From Lingula anatina (taxonomy: Eukaryota; Animalia; Brachiopoda): a stretch of DNA of 64,000 bases. Each line of letters opens with the position of its first letter. The first letter of the stretch is position 1. Of this stretch, positions 1 to 13,100 are shown in pieces. Location of the stretch: positions 27,428,503 to 27,492,502 of the forward strand of contig CM120640.1 of assembly GCA_051362555.1 (NCBI GenBank), in the 5' to 3' direction. The translations under genes and the position numbers were made by a program. The notes under the pieces were generated by a model, which did not search any database, was not told where the DNA came from, and was given only the letters and a program-made list of their open reading frames with translations.

Positions 1-1473
1 TAAATCCGACTAATTTTTCAAAATTACATCTCCCCGACTCCTGGGTAAGACGAAATTTTCAAAAATCCGGCCTTTGGGCTTTTATCCTTAGCGACTGTTA
101 TCTTTGACCCTCCTATATTGCGAACAAAGTCCTGAGAATATTACGTGACATTTCTATGCCGAAGATATACCGTGAGCGGGGCAGGGGCGGATTAAAGATA
201 AAATGAAAATGAATATTTAAAAAAAATCCAAAGAGTGTGTGTGGAGGGGGGGGGTAAATAATCTCCCGCTGACGATCTGCGAACGAAGTACCCTAAATCC
301 CTTGAACTAATATGAAAATTGCATTTCATTCTTGCTTACATCGCGAACGATCTCCCGATTATGATATGAAAATTGCCTTTTCGTCTTGCTCGGATCGCGA
401 ACGATCTCCCTCTGACGATCTTACGCGAACAAAGTCTTGACGATATTACGCGAACGATTCTCCGCTGGAGATATGCCGTGAGCGGGGGAAGGGGGGTTAA
501 AGATAAAATGAAAAAGACATATTATTTATAAAATTCAAAGGGGGGGGGGGGGTTAAAATAATGATCTCCTGCTGACGATCTTCCACGAACGAAGTTCCCT
601 TGAACTAATATGAAAAGTGCATTTTGTTCTCGCTTACATCGCGAACGATCTCCCGCTGAAGATATGAAGATTGCCTTTTCGTCTCTCTCGAATCGCAAAC
701 GATCTCCCGCTGATGATCTTACGCGAACGGAGTCCGCTACAAATATAAAAATTATCTTCTCGTCTCGTTTGGATCACGAACGATCTGTTGACGATATTAC
801 GCGAACGATTCTCCGCTGAAGATATGAAAAATGCCATCTCGTCACATTCGCATTGCGAACGATCTCCATGTATGAGCCAGGTAATCATTAAATGGTCCTA
901 AATTGAACATGGGCATGAATAGAAGTGACTGGTACATTTCACTTCGAGATAATATCTTGATTTTTTCATTGTGTCTTCCTCATTTAGGACAGCCGCCGAT
1001 AACAATAACGGCGTTACAAGTGACAAAGCCGCGGCCTGTGACTTCTATTTGCCGGCTTGATAACGCACCTTAAGCCAGGTAATAGTAATGAAATAAAAGA
1101 CAAAAGGCCGACGTTCCCGCAATTGAGAACGGGAATTCACATCTAAACCATCGATATTGTGAGTAACCGCTCGCAGGGGCGCACTATTGTTCCTATCTCC
1201 CATTGAGAGTGTTATCGGCAATGATATTCTGATCGTATCATTGTCTTGAATCAACTGACGCATTACCTTCATGTTTGAGCTGGACAACGCGGCCATGTTT
1301 GGTGACGAACTTTTCAAAAATTATCCAGTACCTCATTTTCAAGGTCGACGAAGTTTTCAAAGGGAAAAAAATTACGTCGGCGGAAAATCGTCTGCCGACG
1401 AAATTTTCAAGACTTTACCGTATTACATGTACTGTGGACAGACCACATACCTCTATTCGCTGGATGTCATCTC
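1..1473. mobile_element. Right part of a CpG-rich DNA transposon, Sola3-like (terminus ...CATCTC followed by TTAA), inside a BCKDHB intron; left end lies outside the window
   Basis: CpG-rich sequence stops abruptly at CTC|TTAA (1471-1477). It contains an internal ~300 bp tandem duplication, many GCGAACGATCTCC-like motifs, recurrent GACGAA(A/C/G)TTTTCAA motifs and a hairpin at ~1369-1408. GAG...CTC termini with a TTAA target are typical of Sola3. Only one end is visible, so the superfamily call is tentative. Confidence 0.55.
121..870. repeat. Degenerate tandem repeat array: ~300 bp higher-order unit built from short CGCGAACGATCTCC-containing subunits
   Basis: CGAACAAAGTC starts at 121 and 426, and the related CGAACGGAGTC at 724. 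GATATGAA(A/G)ATTGCC and GCGAACGATCTCC recur throughout. Confidence 0.85.
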
Positions 1474-1749
1474 TTAATTGATTGCTAAAGGCTAGAATTA
1501 GGACCACAATTTATGAAGAAGCATATAGTTCCTTAGATTTGTATATTTGTCAGGGTCCACTTTAACCTTCAACTTGCATCATATATACTTGGGAAATTTG
1601 TAGATGTGCATTTAATGATGGATGGACACTGTGTCTGGACATTAAGCCATCACTTGTGTGTGTCATTGTTGATAGTGTTGCTATTAGCATTGTCGTGCAC
1701 ATTCTTCATATAATAAAAGCATGATTAAAAGAATGTATCCAAGGACTTA

Positions 1750-1892
1750 AGGACTGTTCCCATAAACCCATCATACTAACTGAATCGATCTAATTCTGCA
1801 GGGATTCTTGCTAAAGAGCATTCAGTGTAAGCGACTTAAATGTCTGAGTAAGGTCGATCCACCTAGTATGATGAGTTCATGAGAATGCAGTC
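1750..1892. mobile_element. Small PIF/Harbinger-like MITE (family A)
   Basis: Imperfect TIRs TTCCCATAAACCCATCATACTA / TAGTATGATGAGTTCATGAGAA (3 mismatches in 22). Flanked by TTA (1747-1749) and TAA (1893-1895). Confidence 0.7.
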
Positions 1893-1895
1893 TAA

Positions 1896-2121
1896 GGGTG
1901 CTTTCCCAGAGATTTAGATCGATCTAAAGATTAAGATTTAGATCGACCTAACTCCCTGGGGGTTCACGCTAAATTGCAGTCAGCCAAGCGGGCACCATAG
2001 TTAATTACCCCCTTACAGCTTTTAGTAGGCAGGACAGACGCTTAAGCCGGCCAAGCTGACAGTAATCTAGTGAGACTCCCCACAGGGATAGATCGATCTA
2101 AAAATCTATGGAAATGGGGTG
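1896..2121. mobile_element. PIF/Harbinger-like MITE family B, copy 1
   Basis: TAA on both sides (1893-1895, 2122-2124) and subterminal TAGATCGATCTA palindromes. Interior is homologous to 20505-20730 and 54944-55158. Confidence 0.85.
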
Positions 2122-2909
2122 TAAGATATAGCTCTAGTTGGAAAACCAGCTTGATGGATTATTATCATTATACTTTTTTGACATAAGTCTATAATCGTGT
2201 CATCCTGCCTATTTGTTTGTCCATCTGTCCATCAGTCTAGGCATTGGTAATTTCCTCTATCTCCTACTAGGCCATTTGAATGAACCTGAAATTTTGATTG
2301 ATATACCTATCATTAAGGATGTGTATGTTGTGTGCTTTGGAATTTGAGCCTGCATGAGGGTAGAATGATGATTTTTTTTTTTTTTTTTTTACATTGTTAT
2401 TTCTGCTATCTTCTCTTAGACCATTAAAGTGAAGATTTTGAAACAGTAGGAATTGGTAAACCTATCATCAGGAACCTGCATTGATTTTTTCATAATTTTA
2501 GTGCACCTAGGGTTGGGACTGTCCCTGGGGGAGATGATTCAATTTTTTCAAGTGCACAAATGTTTTTTTCTCAATTTTGATAGAATATTACATATGGTTC
2601 ATGATCAGCATGATCACAACCAATTTTAATCATGCACTACTGTTACTGTGAAGATTCAGAAAATGTTACTAACATGGGGTTTCACACTTCAAAGTCACAG
2701 TTGTAAAATGTCAGTTTGTGAAAAATGAAAATAAAAAAAAAACAATAAAATCATCTAACCAGGAAGGTTTTAGGACTAAACTATATTATAATCCTATCAA
2801 TCCTCCTTGTAAGTTTGAGGATCAATTCAAGATTTAAATCAAACAATGCACTGTCACCACTGTGTAAATGGTTGTTTATTTTTAGGCTTTTATATGTCAC
2901 TGCCATCAG

Positions 2910-2940
<31 letters not shown>

Positions 2941-2970
2941 ATTAATGTCTGTCCATTTGACAGCTGTACT

Positions 2971-2972
<2 letters not shown>

Positions 2973-3020
<48 letters not shown>

Positions 3021-3035
3021 GGGGGGGGGGGGGGG
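2973..3035. repeat. Poly(T)47 followed by poly(G)16
   Basis: Directly visible homopolymer runs. Confidence 0.95.
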
Positions 3036-5512
3036 TATTTGTATTACCATGTTAAACACATGTCTACATTTATCCCTGTGTAGTTAAGATCAATGAAGTA
3101 CCAGATATCTTGCTGGGATTGTTTTCTTCTTGGAAACTGTCCATTCCTTGCAGCTGTGAAGGAAGTTGGGATCAAGTGGTCATTCACACAAGCATCTTGG
3201 TCCTTTTTTAAAAGCATTTAATGACCTGCTGAATATAAAGAAATTAAGCAGTTCTCATTCTAAAATGTTGCAAACCAGAAATAAATATAAGTAGCTGGCA
3301 CATGTGGGACGTACATTTGTCTGAGAACTGAGTGTGGAAGTGGAAGTGTTGTTATCAGAAAAGTCAAAAAAGGCGATCACATTATACATGGCCTATGAGG
3401 TTGAGCAAATTGCCTGAATCATTTACACAAGTGGTGTGTCAGACTGGTGTTAAGATGTACAATTAATGAGTTGAGGTTGACCTCAGGAGGTCAGCATATC
3501 CCTCAGCCATCTTTTTAACACATTATGCAGGAAGTCGCTGTTCACCAAAGGTGATGAACTTAAGGTTCCCACAACCATAGCTTAAAGGAACTGTCAATAT
3601 CTTGACAAGGGTCATTTTCTTGTATCAGGGCAACACTATTGAGCCTACTTCACAGTTTACCATGGGTTGGGAACATTAAAACATATTCCTCAAATAAAAT
3701 GGATAACACGTGTGAAAATTTTGAGTAGATTTATTTTAGGTCATTCTCTTCTCTCCCCTGTTATATACTTTCTGCTTCACACAGCTGTTTTGCCTGTCAG
3801 TGCTATTGGTTAGATTCACTAAGAGTTTAAGTATAGTAGTAAAGTAGGGAGACCAAAATCTACCAAAATATTCCATTTTTGCCTTGTCAGTGACAGTTAA
3901 AATAAACTCAATTTCTATGTGAGGCTCAGTTCACAGAAGTTTTTACCGAAACCTTTATACATGGCCAGTAAAATTGATTTTGTTTACTGCCCTGCTAGAA
4001 GTGGGAGGGGATAGAGGAGGTTACTGGAACCGTGTTGTCTGTCTTTTTGCACATTTTTTCTATCAGTAGGTGGAATCTTGTCTCCCTGTCTCTCACAGCT
4101 TTCAGTGTGTTTGATAGAAACCTTACCCCTGAAGACTTAAACATGTCCCTGTGCAATTCGGTTTTCTTGTTTTGATATTGTCATTCGTTTTTTCAGAAAT
4201 AGTTTTTTGCAATGTTTTTAAATGATGTTTTGTAGCATTATGTAATTTTTGGGAACAGCTCCATTTCAGTAAATGTCAATGAAATCTGTCATATATGATG
4301 CCTTTAATAGGTAGTTTTGAAGCTCTTTCTGTGGTCTTTGTCAGTCTTTTCATCTGTACCTAATCTGCCTGTCTCGAGTCTGTGATGGTTATTACCAGAG
4401 ACAGGGGTGAGCCAGGATCACATAATTTGAAACTTGAACATCTCATGGGGCTTTCAGATGAGTTGGTGATTGGTTCACATTAACCAACTTTTCTAAATTG
4501 CAAACTTCATTTTCAGGAAAATTTTTCAATGTTGATAAGTCAAGAAGGGTTTGAACTAGAAATTCTATACTCTTGCTTATGCCATATAAAGTGTAGGTTT
4601 GCAAGGTATATTTTTGTGTCCATCTTGAGGTTGCCATAGGAACTGAAGTCCCATGTCTTTTTGCTTTACTTATTTAAACAAATTGACACAAGGGGAGGAG
4701 GTAAATGAAAGTCATTTAGATTTTGATCTTAAGGCTGGGAAATTTTAAGACTGAGAAAAGACCGACTCTCTGAAACACACAGTAGTCAGTTAAGTCTACA
4801 TTGGTTTCGTTAATACCAATTTACTATTTGAGTCTGAGTCTAAACTGTCATCAAAGGAATTAATGCAAGTAGTACATTCTGTATAATAGTGTTAGGTTAT
4901 TACAAAATTAAAACTGATTTCTGCACAATTTTTCTGGAGCTTTATACATTAATGATGAAGGCTTCGTATAAAACCAAAAACTCTGAGGGAGGCTTCAGAA
5001 AAAATTGTGTTGAAATCAGACAGTTTCAACTTAACTATGAGAAGAGTCAACATTCAAGAGCAACTGATTGCATCACACATTCCAGTAACCTTCATGGGAT
5101 GATTGCCTAAAGTTACATTTATGTTGTAGTATAATCATTCATAGCAAGTGAGTACATGTACCTCAGGCATTAAACATCTTAGTGTTGCGGAAACTCATGA
5201 TCATTAATTAACAGTTAGCAAGATACTTCAGGTGTAGGGATATGGAAATTAAGAGAAATTTCCATCAGCTGGATGTTTTATTGCTTAGAATGTTATGTGT
5301 GGCCATCATCCTTTTTATTTTTCCATTTTATTTATTACAGTTATTACTATTATCAAAATTTTTTTGCTTATACCATTCTGTCCTCAACCTGAACTTGCAC
5401 CTACTTGTTTTAACAAGTGGTGTTAGATATCTTTACTAGTTTATGTTTTGAAACACAATATTTTCTTGTAGTTATTTGATTTCTTCATGTTCATGCATTT
5501 TGAGTGGTATCC

Positions 5513-5675
5513 CAGGCTCATAGCCAGCAATTTCAAGGGGGAGAGGGGGTCTGAAAAAGTGGACAATAAATACCTTCATGTTTGTATCTAAAATTTTACC
5601 CAGAGCAGACCTTCTCCTGGAAAAAAAAGGGCAGTTTGTTCACCCTCCCCCCTGAACCCCCTGGCTACGGGCCTG
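5513..5675 (-). mobile_element. Short CAGGCCCG-ended MITE (hAT-like family C), inverted relative to the 17670 copy
   Basis: Ends CAGGCTCATAGCCAG / CTGGCTACGGGCCTG. The interior is the reverse complement of 17670-17841 (CTCTGGGTAAAATTT, GTCCACTTTTTCAG). Confidence 0.75.
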
Positions 5676-5851
5676 TAATCTTATGTACCAGTCCTTATTT
5701 GTTATCAGAAATGGCAAGTCTTCTCAAATGGTTTGTACCATTTGAAAAGCCAAGACAAACTTTTCTACATGCAATTGCCTAGCTGATTACAAACCCAGTA
5801 TACCTATAATTTTGTGGACTTAATCTATGTTTGGGCATATTATATTTTCAG

Positions 5852-7753
5852 GAACAAATGTCACATTGGTTGGATGGGGCACCCAGGTGCACAGGTTGCG
5901 AGAAGTTGCACAAATGGCACACGAGAAACTAAAGGTCAAGTGTGAGGTTATTGATCTACGGACAGTCCTACCATGGGATGTGGACACGGTTGCAGAGGTG
6001 AGTTCTTATGGGTCTTTTTTTTGGACACCTGTGCCTTCCGCGTCTGATAAGAAGAAAGTGAGTCAAAAAACATGGCTAATTGTATTAGTCAACCAAACCC
6101 AGTTTCTAGACTGATTTTTGAAAAACAGTGTCCTGATTGTTAATGGCAGTATAGAAAAACAACCACAATTCCAACAAGATACCTTAAACAATGCCATGTT
6201 GTGCATTGTATGAGCTCCCTCAGCTATTAGTGGAGGTCCTTGTCCCAGACTGAAATTCTTTATACCTCAAAAATGCTATTGTTGTACCTTAAAGATGAAT
6301 TGTTACCAATATAGAATGTCCTGATCTTGATGCATACTAAATATATGTATATTTTTGTACAACATAAGAAGTATAATCACAGCTCATATGCCTTATTTAC
6401 CTTGGCACTGCCAATTTTTTTTTAACACAAAATTCTATCCATAAACATGCTATTACCAAGAAACCACCATAGTTATCAGGCATTAATGCAATTTTGTTAT
6501 TTGTTTAGGAAATCACTTTCTATCATCTCTTACTGAATTACCAGCATGATTATTTCTCCCTCTGTTTAGAATAGAGAGGTAATAGCTTTACTGACATCCT
6601 TGGTTTGGATAATTTATTGAAGTACTGTATGTATTTCATTTAAAGTACAGTGTTCCACAGGATATGATGGCAATTTGTACCTAGGGGTAGCTAGACCTTT
6701 TAATGTAACACTGAACATTATTCTCCACTCTGAGGAACTAAATCAATGATGAGGAAAACAAAAACCTCAAGAAAATGTTAATGAAGCTTCCTGAAAAGAA
6801 CATAAGCATTACATTTTGTAGACACACTTTGTATCGCTAGACAGTAAAACATGAGCACATCTTGGTGCACCAGCAATTATTTTTAAAAGAACACAAGTGC
6901 TGGCACAGTTACCCTGATCTAACTAAAACAATCTCAAGTGATGTATTTCTTTTGCACAATTACTAATTCAAGGATGAATTTTGATCTAATTAAAACAATC
7001 TCAAGTGATGTATTTTCTTTTTCACAATTACTAATTCAAGGATGAATTTTGTTCTTGTTGTTGTTTTTTCATAGATGATATTTCATTCCTTTGTTTTAGT
7101 CTGTGTGTAAGACAGGAAGGTGCATTGTAGCCCACGAAGCCCCAATTACTCAAGGCTTTGGTGCTGAAGTGGCTGCTACCATTCAGGTAAGTTGTCTATA
7201 TGATGTAAGCAATTTGAAGAAATAATAACAGATGTTATATGCTGCTTAGTGAAAGCAATGATTGACTTAATGGGATCTGATAAAAGTACATAGTTTGCAG
7301 GCACTATGCAGTTATTGATGACTTCTCCAGCAGCATATTGGACTCGGTACTTTAACATGAAAAATTTCTTATCAACACCAGCTGATGATCAAAGAGAACA
7401 ACAAGAGAATAACAACACATATTATCAAGAAAAATTTAGTCGAAAACCTTTGCCATTTATGAAGTAAGATAGATGGGCAGATTGAGGTGTCTGCCAATTA
7501 AAACAATAAACAAACTGATGCTCCTTTTTCAAAATCCTGTTTATAGCATATGATTTTTTTCATTAACTGTTTTGTATCATAACCCTAATGTCTACTTACT
7601 TTTTAAAAATAGAATGAATGTTTCCTGAATTTGGAGGCCCCAGTCCTGCGAGTCTGCGGTTACGACACCCCGTTTCCTCACATCTACGAGCCCTACTACA
7701 TGCCAGATAAATGGAGATGTTTCGAAGCAATCAAGAAAGTGATCAATTACTGA
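5852..7753 (+). CDS. BCKDHB: 2-oxoisovalerate dehydrogenase E1 beta subunit, last three coding exons (5' part outside the window)
   Basis: Exons 5852-5997 ([49 protein letters not shown]), 7100-7186 ([29 protein letters not shown]) and 7613-7753 ([46 protein letters not shown]). Sites are GT-AG with consistent phases, and the peptide matches the BCKDHB transketolase C-terminal domain. Confidence 0.96.
6915..7051. repeat. Tandem duplication, ~67 bp x2, in a BCKDHB intron
   Basis: TGATCTAA(C/T)TAAAACAATCTCAAGTGATGTATTT...GGATGAATTT starts at 6915 and 6982. Confidence 0.9.
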
Positions 7754-10700
7754 CATCTTCAATCACAGCTTCAATCACAGGTGCTGGTATCTCTCTGTCC
7801 ACTGGTGGACAGACTTCAACTGATATGGAAAGTAATGGAGCATTGTGTGCCAGAGAAATGGCGTGAAATTCAAGAGATTCAGCTGATGTAAAAAAATTTG
7901 ATCAGTCTGTGGTGTGTCGTAGGCCATCTTTTTTTTTTAAACAATAAAATGAAACATAAGCATAAGATAATCAAGATATTGTATCTGATTATTAGATAAT
8001 GATGTGGCAAGGGAGGGAATCAGGTAATGCTTGCAGGGGTTGTCAATGACCTGGGTGCAATCATGTGAAATATTTCAGCATTTTTGCATATGTACTGTTG
8101 CGAGTATTTATGTGTAAATCTGTATGTATAATTTCCAAGTGTATAAAAGGCATAAGGACAAATCATTCGTAGGAAGTACTCTGTGAAATTGAATTAAACT
8201 GTCTGACATCAGCTTCACTGAAGATCATTATGATTTATACAACCAATGAATTTTTTTTTCATTTGGGATGGGTATGAATTAGTCAGATCAGACACAAATT
8301 TGCTTCATTTTAATTTTTTAAAAATAGCTGTTTGCTTGATATTTGGTTGCCTGCTGAGGATATTATATCCTCAGAGAGGAAAAGTGAAGGGCAAATCGGT
8401 GATATTAGAAGTAAACATCTGAGGAAGTGGCATAATTCCAGTTTATATGGGAGAACATGGCAGAGGACAGACAATCAGGGAGGACACCTGTGCTGTGCTG
8501 AAGAATCCACAAGTCGGTTTTATTGCCTAGATAAAGAAGGAACAGTGCATGTTCAAAGCCATGCTTATATTTCATCTGACCATGTGATTGCAACCTTATA
8601 GAAATCTCAATTGGTAGAATGCAGAAGTCTCCCTCCCTTAATGTAACCATAAAAATGCAGTCACTATGCCTGTTCTTGTCTATGCATTATATGCTTGTTT
8701 CATTTACACTCAATTTGGAAACCAATAAAAGATTGAGTACATGGTGCATAATAATGATTTGCTCAATTTTAGAGGGTCAAGGGTTCACATTGTGGTCAAC
8801 TCATACAAAACACTTTTGAAATATGCCTTGATGGCTTTCTTCTTGTAACTCAGGTGCAGCAAGTGGCATTGAGATAAAAGTTCATGTCCCACCTTTATAG
8901 CATTCGGTGGTTAATAATGAATACAAGGCTAATAAGAAAAGCCATTGCAAAATAAAAATCTTTAAAAAAATTAAAAAATAATAAATAAATAATGCTGTGG
9001 GTGCAAATTAAATGATTGTATTGTGATCAACAGATTATATATGGAGAAAAAAAACTGTAATAGTCGCCCAAGCACAGATGATTATTACAATGTGAAATCT
9101 CATGGGAAAGGTAATGATACATATTGTGTGTGACTGCTATCCCATAAAGATCAGTTATACTATAGATTTTTTACTTTCAAACATGCATTAATTTCCTAGC
9201 AATGATTTTTTGTAAGCAGGAACATCAAGGCATATGTACAAAGTATGAGTAATACATTATTCCACAGGCGGGGCTATGGAGTTAAAGATCAGTGGGATGA
9301 AGCAAGTGGTTAAACAGCCTTTAATAAGCTGTTGCTGCCTTCATACTAAGCCTAACAGAAAATAGATTATGCGGATGACATGTTTTTATATGAAAAGCGT
9401 ACAGCTGAACTGTGGATTATGCTATATACATATACACTTTGCACAAATGCTTTTCATATATTTACTTGCTCAAGAGTACTTGTTTTATTTATGTGTATTA
9501 AGTCTGGATAGATTTGCAATTTGCTAATGGTAGTTTTCTGTTATTTTTGTGGTGTTTTTGTTGTTTTGATTAAATCCTGATAACAAGACATTACAAAATG
9601 GGACGGGAAAATCGATAAGTTTAGTTTTCAAAGAAATGCACAATGGCCTTTGCTGCTGATATATATAAAATTTCCCTCAAAAAGTTGTTTTCATGATGAA
9701 ATATAGTTCCTGTTATTTGATAAAACATTGAGTTGTATGTTTTTAATCTTTCTTGTTCTAGAAAATCTCTAATTAATATAAGAATTACAGGTCTACTTCT
9801 CTAGAACCAGAAAAGTTCTTCAGGTCCTTGTATTGCCATATTTGTCCCAAACCTAGATATGTATCCCAAAGGGAGGTTTTGAAAGAAAATATATTTCTTT
9901 CTTGTCATGAATATATTGTTTGAAGAAAATTCCACTTACTATTTTTCTTTGTATGTAAAGTTAAACTTGACCAAGACCAGCAGGTGCAGAATGTTGATTT
10001 AAGTTTAAATTAAGTTTATACATTGATTGATGAAGATTCTACACTGAAAATGAAATCTATTCAATGCTGAAGATAGGTTGAGTTGAAATACTGGCACCGG
10101 TTCAATGTTGGACTGTAGCGATCCCTTCTACTATCTCTTCATTAGTAAAATATAAGGAGCAGGTTCCTTAAAAAACCACATCACAACCCAGGGTTGAACA
10201 TCATTTTACATCCCACACATGAATGTTGTTTCAACATTAATTCAACTGTTGTGTGCTTGCTGGGATATTGACAACTTAATTTTCACATGAATACTGTAGG
10301 GAGAATTGAGATGATGCAGACACATTAGACACACATTGACCCCATATGTTGTTTAATTTAAAGTTTAATTACCTACTTAAAAAGTCACAAAAAAAAGAAG
10401 AAAAAGGAACTTGCTTCACTCATGCGTAAGAGTCAGTGAACTAGGTAATTTCCATGGTTGCTTTTCAGAAATGTTTCAAGTTTTAAATTGTAACAATTCC
10501 AGAATGTTTGAAGACAAGTGAGACACACTGGTTTTTAGCACAAAGAGTGTTACTTTCAAAATTAAAATTTGAAAAAAAAAAAAAAAAAAAAAACATTAGA
10601 AAATGTCCTTAATTCCATTTTCCAGTACAGTGTGATTCACCCTCTATAACCGTCCAAATGTGTGAAATTGTTAGTGTACATCAAGTAGGAAGTGGACAGT

Positions 10701-11203
10701 TCTATCTTCTACATACAATTTGCCATGGTACTGAATGCCTGGTATGTGTAGAATGATAGTGACGCTAGGGTAGATGCTGTTTAATACATTATTGATAATT
10801 AGCATTGTATTATTTATAGCATAAGTGCATTTCACTGGAGAGCAAAGGGTGTCGCAGTGTATATTTATGATCAGAATTAATAAAGATGTGATCAGGATGA
10901 ACTTTAATTTCCGTTATTGTCACATGGACTGAAATTACGTATTCCCCTTCTTAGCTTGATGCAGTGATGATTAGATTATGTGTGTGAATCTGTGAGATAT
11001 GCTCCCGTTCCTTCCCTTCAGATAAAAGACATTTGTAAAATTATGCAAAATTACTGTCCAAATGTTCTCCACCCTTTACTTTCTAGAAATATGTAGTCTC
11101 CACTTTTGTGTACTAGATGTTTTTTATTGGTCTGGATGATTTCCCATTATCTGGACATCTGGCGGCCTTGAGTTGTACCTGCATGGATTTTATGTATGGG
11201 TTT

Positions 11204-11296
11204 CAGGCCCGTAAGGGGGGGGGGGGTTAGAAAGACACCCCCCCCCCCCTTTTGTCAGGAAGAACCCCCCTTTTGAAATTGCTGGATACGGGCCTG
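11204..11296. mobile_element. Internally deleted CAGGCCCG-ended MITE (family C)
   Basis: TIR CAGGCCCGTA / TACGGGCCTG, with GGTTT on both flanks (apparent 5-bp TSD). Confidence 0.75.
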
Positions 11297-12870
11297 GGTT
11301 TTACCTATGGTAAAATTTGAAAAATGGTTAATTGTGCTGTATATATTAAATATCTGCATTGAGAAGAATAAGAGAGAATCAGAATTGGCCCAAGATAGAC
11401 TGGGATATGTAGAAATTTTTCTTCAAGTCTCTATGCAAGGAAGTTAATTAGTCACACAATTTTCAACCATTTACAGCTAATTGAGACATTAAATTATCTT
11501 CTTTAGTGAAGAATAGGATCCTAATTACCTTGCACACATCATCATTAAGGTCACATTGGTTCTCCTTAATTTATAAAGGTGCCCTAATAAAACATCCAGA
11601 CAATTTACATACATTAATATTTATGAAATCAAAGGGCCATGTCCGTACCTCAACTGCTTCCTCTTTTAGTGTGAAGGCGTGCAGTCTTACTTCTCAATAC
11701 TTTTTTCTTTTTTTTTCTTCCATTAGAGTGCACTGGATAAAAAAATTATACACAGATTTCTGTTTACAGGTTTGGTCTTGTAGTAACTATGAAATAAAAC
11801 ATTTGCAAAAAAAGAAAGCACCTATCTTGTAGCTCACCAGCAGAATAATGCAATGTATTAAGTTCAGCGCTTGTCTCTGTCTTCCCTGTACTAACTTAAT
11901 GACATTGGTTGTAATGTAAAGACAATGGAGTTCTTCAAGAGTTGCATGTCTGGTATCATTATCTGTGAGGCATCATACAGTGAGTTCATTCAAAATGTTC
12001 AACTAAGCGCTTGTACCTTAGAGTGTCCAGATTATTTTTGGATTAGAAATTATTAGACAATCTTCATTGAGTCAATGTGGTCTTGAGAGCTCTTTTGCCA
12101 TGTTTTTCCTCAAGTTTACACCGTTGGGATGACTGGCCATATTTGTTTTTTTTTTTTGTTTTTTTTTTTTATCTTGCCATATTGACACTTTCTTTATTGT
12201 TTCTAAGGACTTCTGTTAAATATCCTTTGTGCGATTTCCTTTCCTTTATTTTGCTGGCATCCAATTTCTTAGCTTTGAGGTCATTATTGAGATTTTATTT
12301 TTTTTATGTAGGTTTACTCGGAACCTTATCAAATCAAATCTTAGACTACATAAGATGTCAAAACACAGTGTTGTAGTTCTTCTCTCTCTACTACAACAGA
12401 ACATTCAGTTTTTTGTCTTCTTTGATGTGAATCCTTTCAAGATAAAAAGGGCTAAATAAAAGCTTTGTGAATCCCACGTTTTATTCATTATTTTCCTTAC
12501 TTAGGTTAACCTTTTTCTTATAAGTTAATCATCCTGCTGTATGTTTAAGTAGTAAACAAAATCTGTTTGCTATTAGTTTAATGTTGATTTTGTAATATGG
12601 CTGTAAACCATCTGGCAATGCCCTTGGGAGGCTGATCTGTAGAAGTTCTGGTACATGGCCTTAAAAAGAAAACACAAAAGGTTAAAAAAGACTATGACAT
12701 TTTTTCTAACAATCTATACATTTAGGGTTTTTGTAATATTTATTTATCTGTTTATTTATTGTTCAGTCTTGATATTCAGGAATGAGAAGGGTATTTTGTG
12801 CTTTGAATGAGAAAAACAATCAAAATCTACGAATGGAGAACATGTTTACAGTTCAAGTATTATGGATATT

Positions 12871-13100
12871 ACTCGATTTTTTCAATGGGGGGAAATTGAC
12901 TTTTACAGAGACTGTTTTTTGTGTCATAATTTCTCAAAATTAGAACATTCCTATTGCCGTGTAGCAACAAAAAAGCTGGTTACTCTATAGTTCTACTCAA
13001 TGCAGTAAAAGCACCACAAATGCTATATAGAAGTATAATTTTAGTGATTATAAAATTGTTTATCTGAAAACATAATTTTTGCCCATTGAAAAGGTCGAGT
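12871..13100. mobile_element. Degraded MITE with 19-bp imperfect TIRs
   Basis: ACTCGATTTTTTCAATGGG (12871-12889) versus CCCATTGAAAAGGTCGAGT (13082-13100), 2 mismatches. An interior motif GTCATAATTTCT.AAAATTA is shared with ~18388. Confidence 0.6.

Noticed and set aside
121-870. Repeat-spacer-like periodicity suggestive of a CRISPR array
   Set aside because: The context is a eukaryotic intron, the inter-repeat segments are themselves homologous rather than unique spacers, and no cas genes are present.
610-888. Overlapping 69-aa and 84-aa ORFs with repeated RERSP-like motifs
   Set aside because: They are translations of the tandem repeat array inside the transposon and show no protein-family signal.
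2781-3087. Poly-Lys, poly-Phe and poly-Gly ORFs
   Set aside because: These are artefacts of the poly(T)/poly(G) run.
9977-10264. Possible degraded CCCAGCAAGCAC-type MITE (similar relics near 34295-34420 and 42055-42170)
   Set aside because: Ends are too decayed to define TIR or TSD with confidence.
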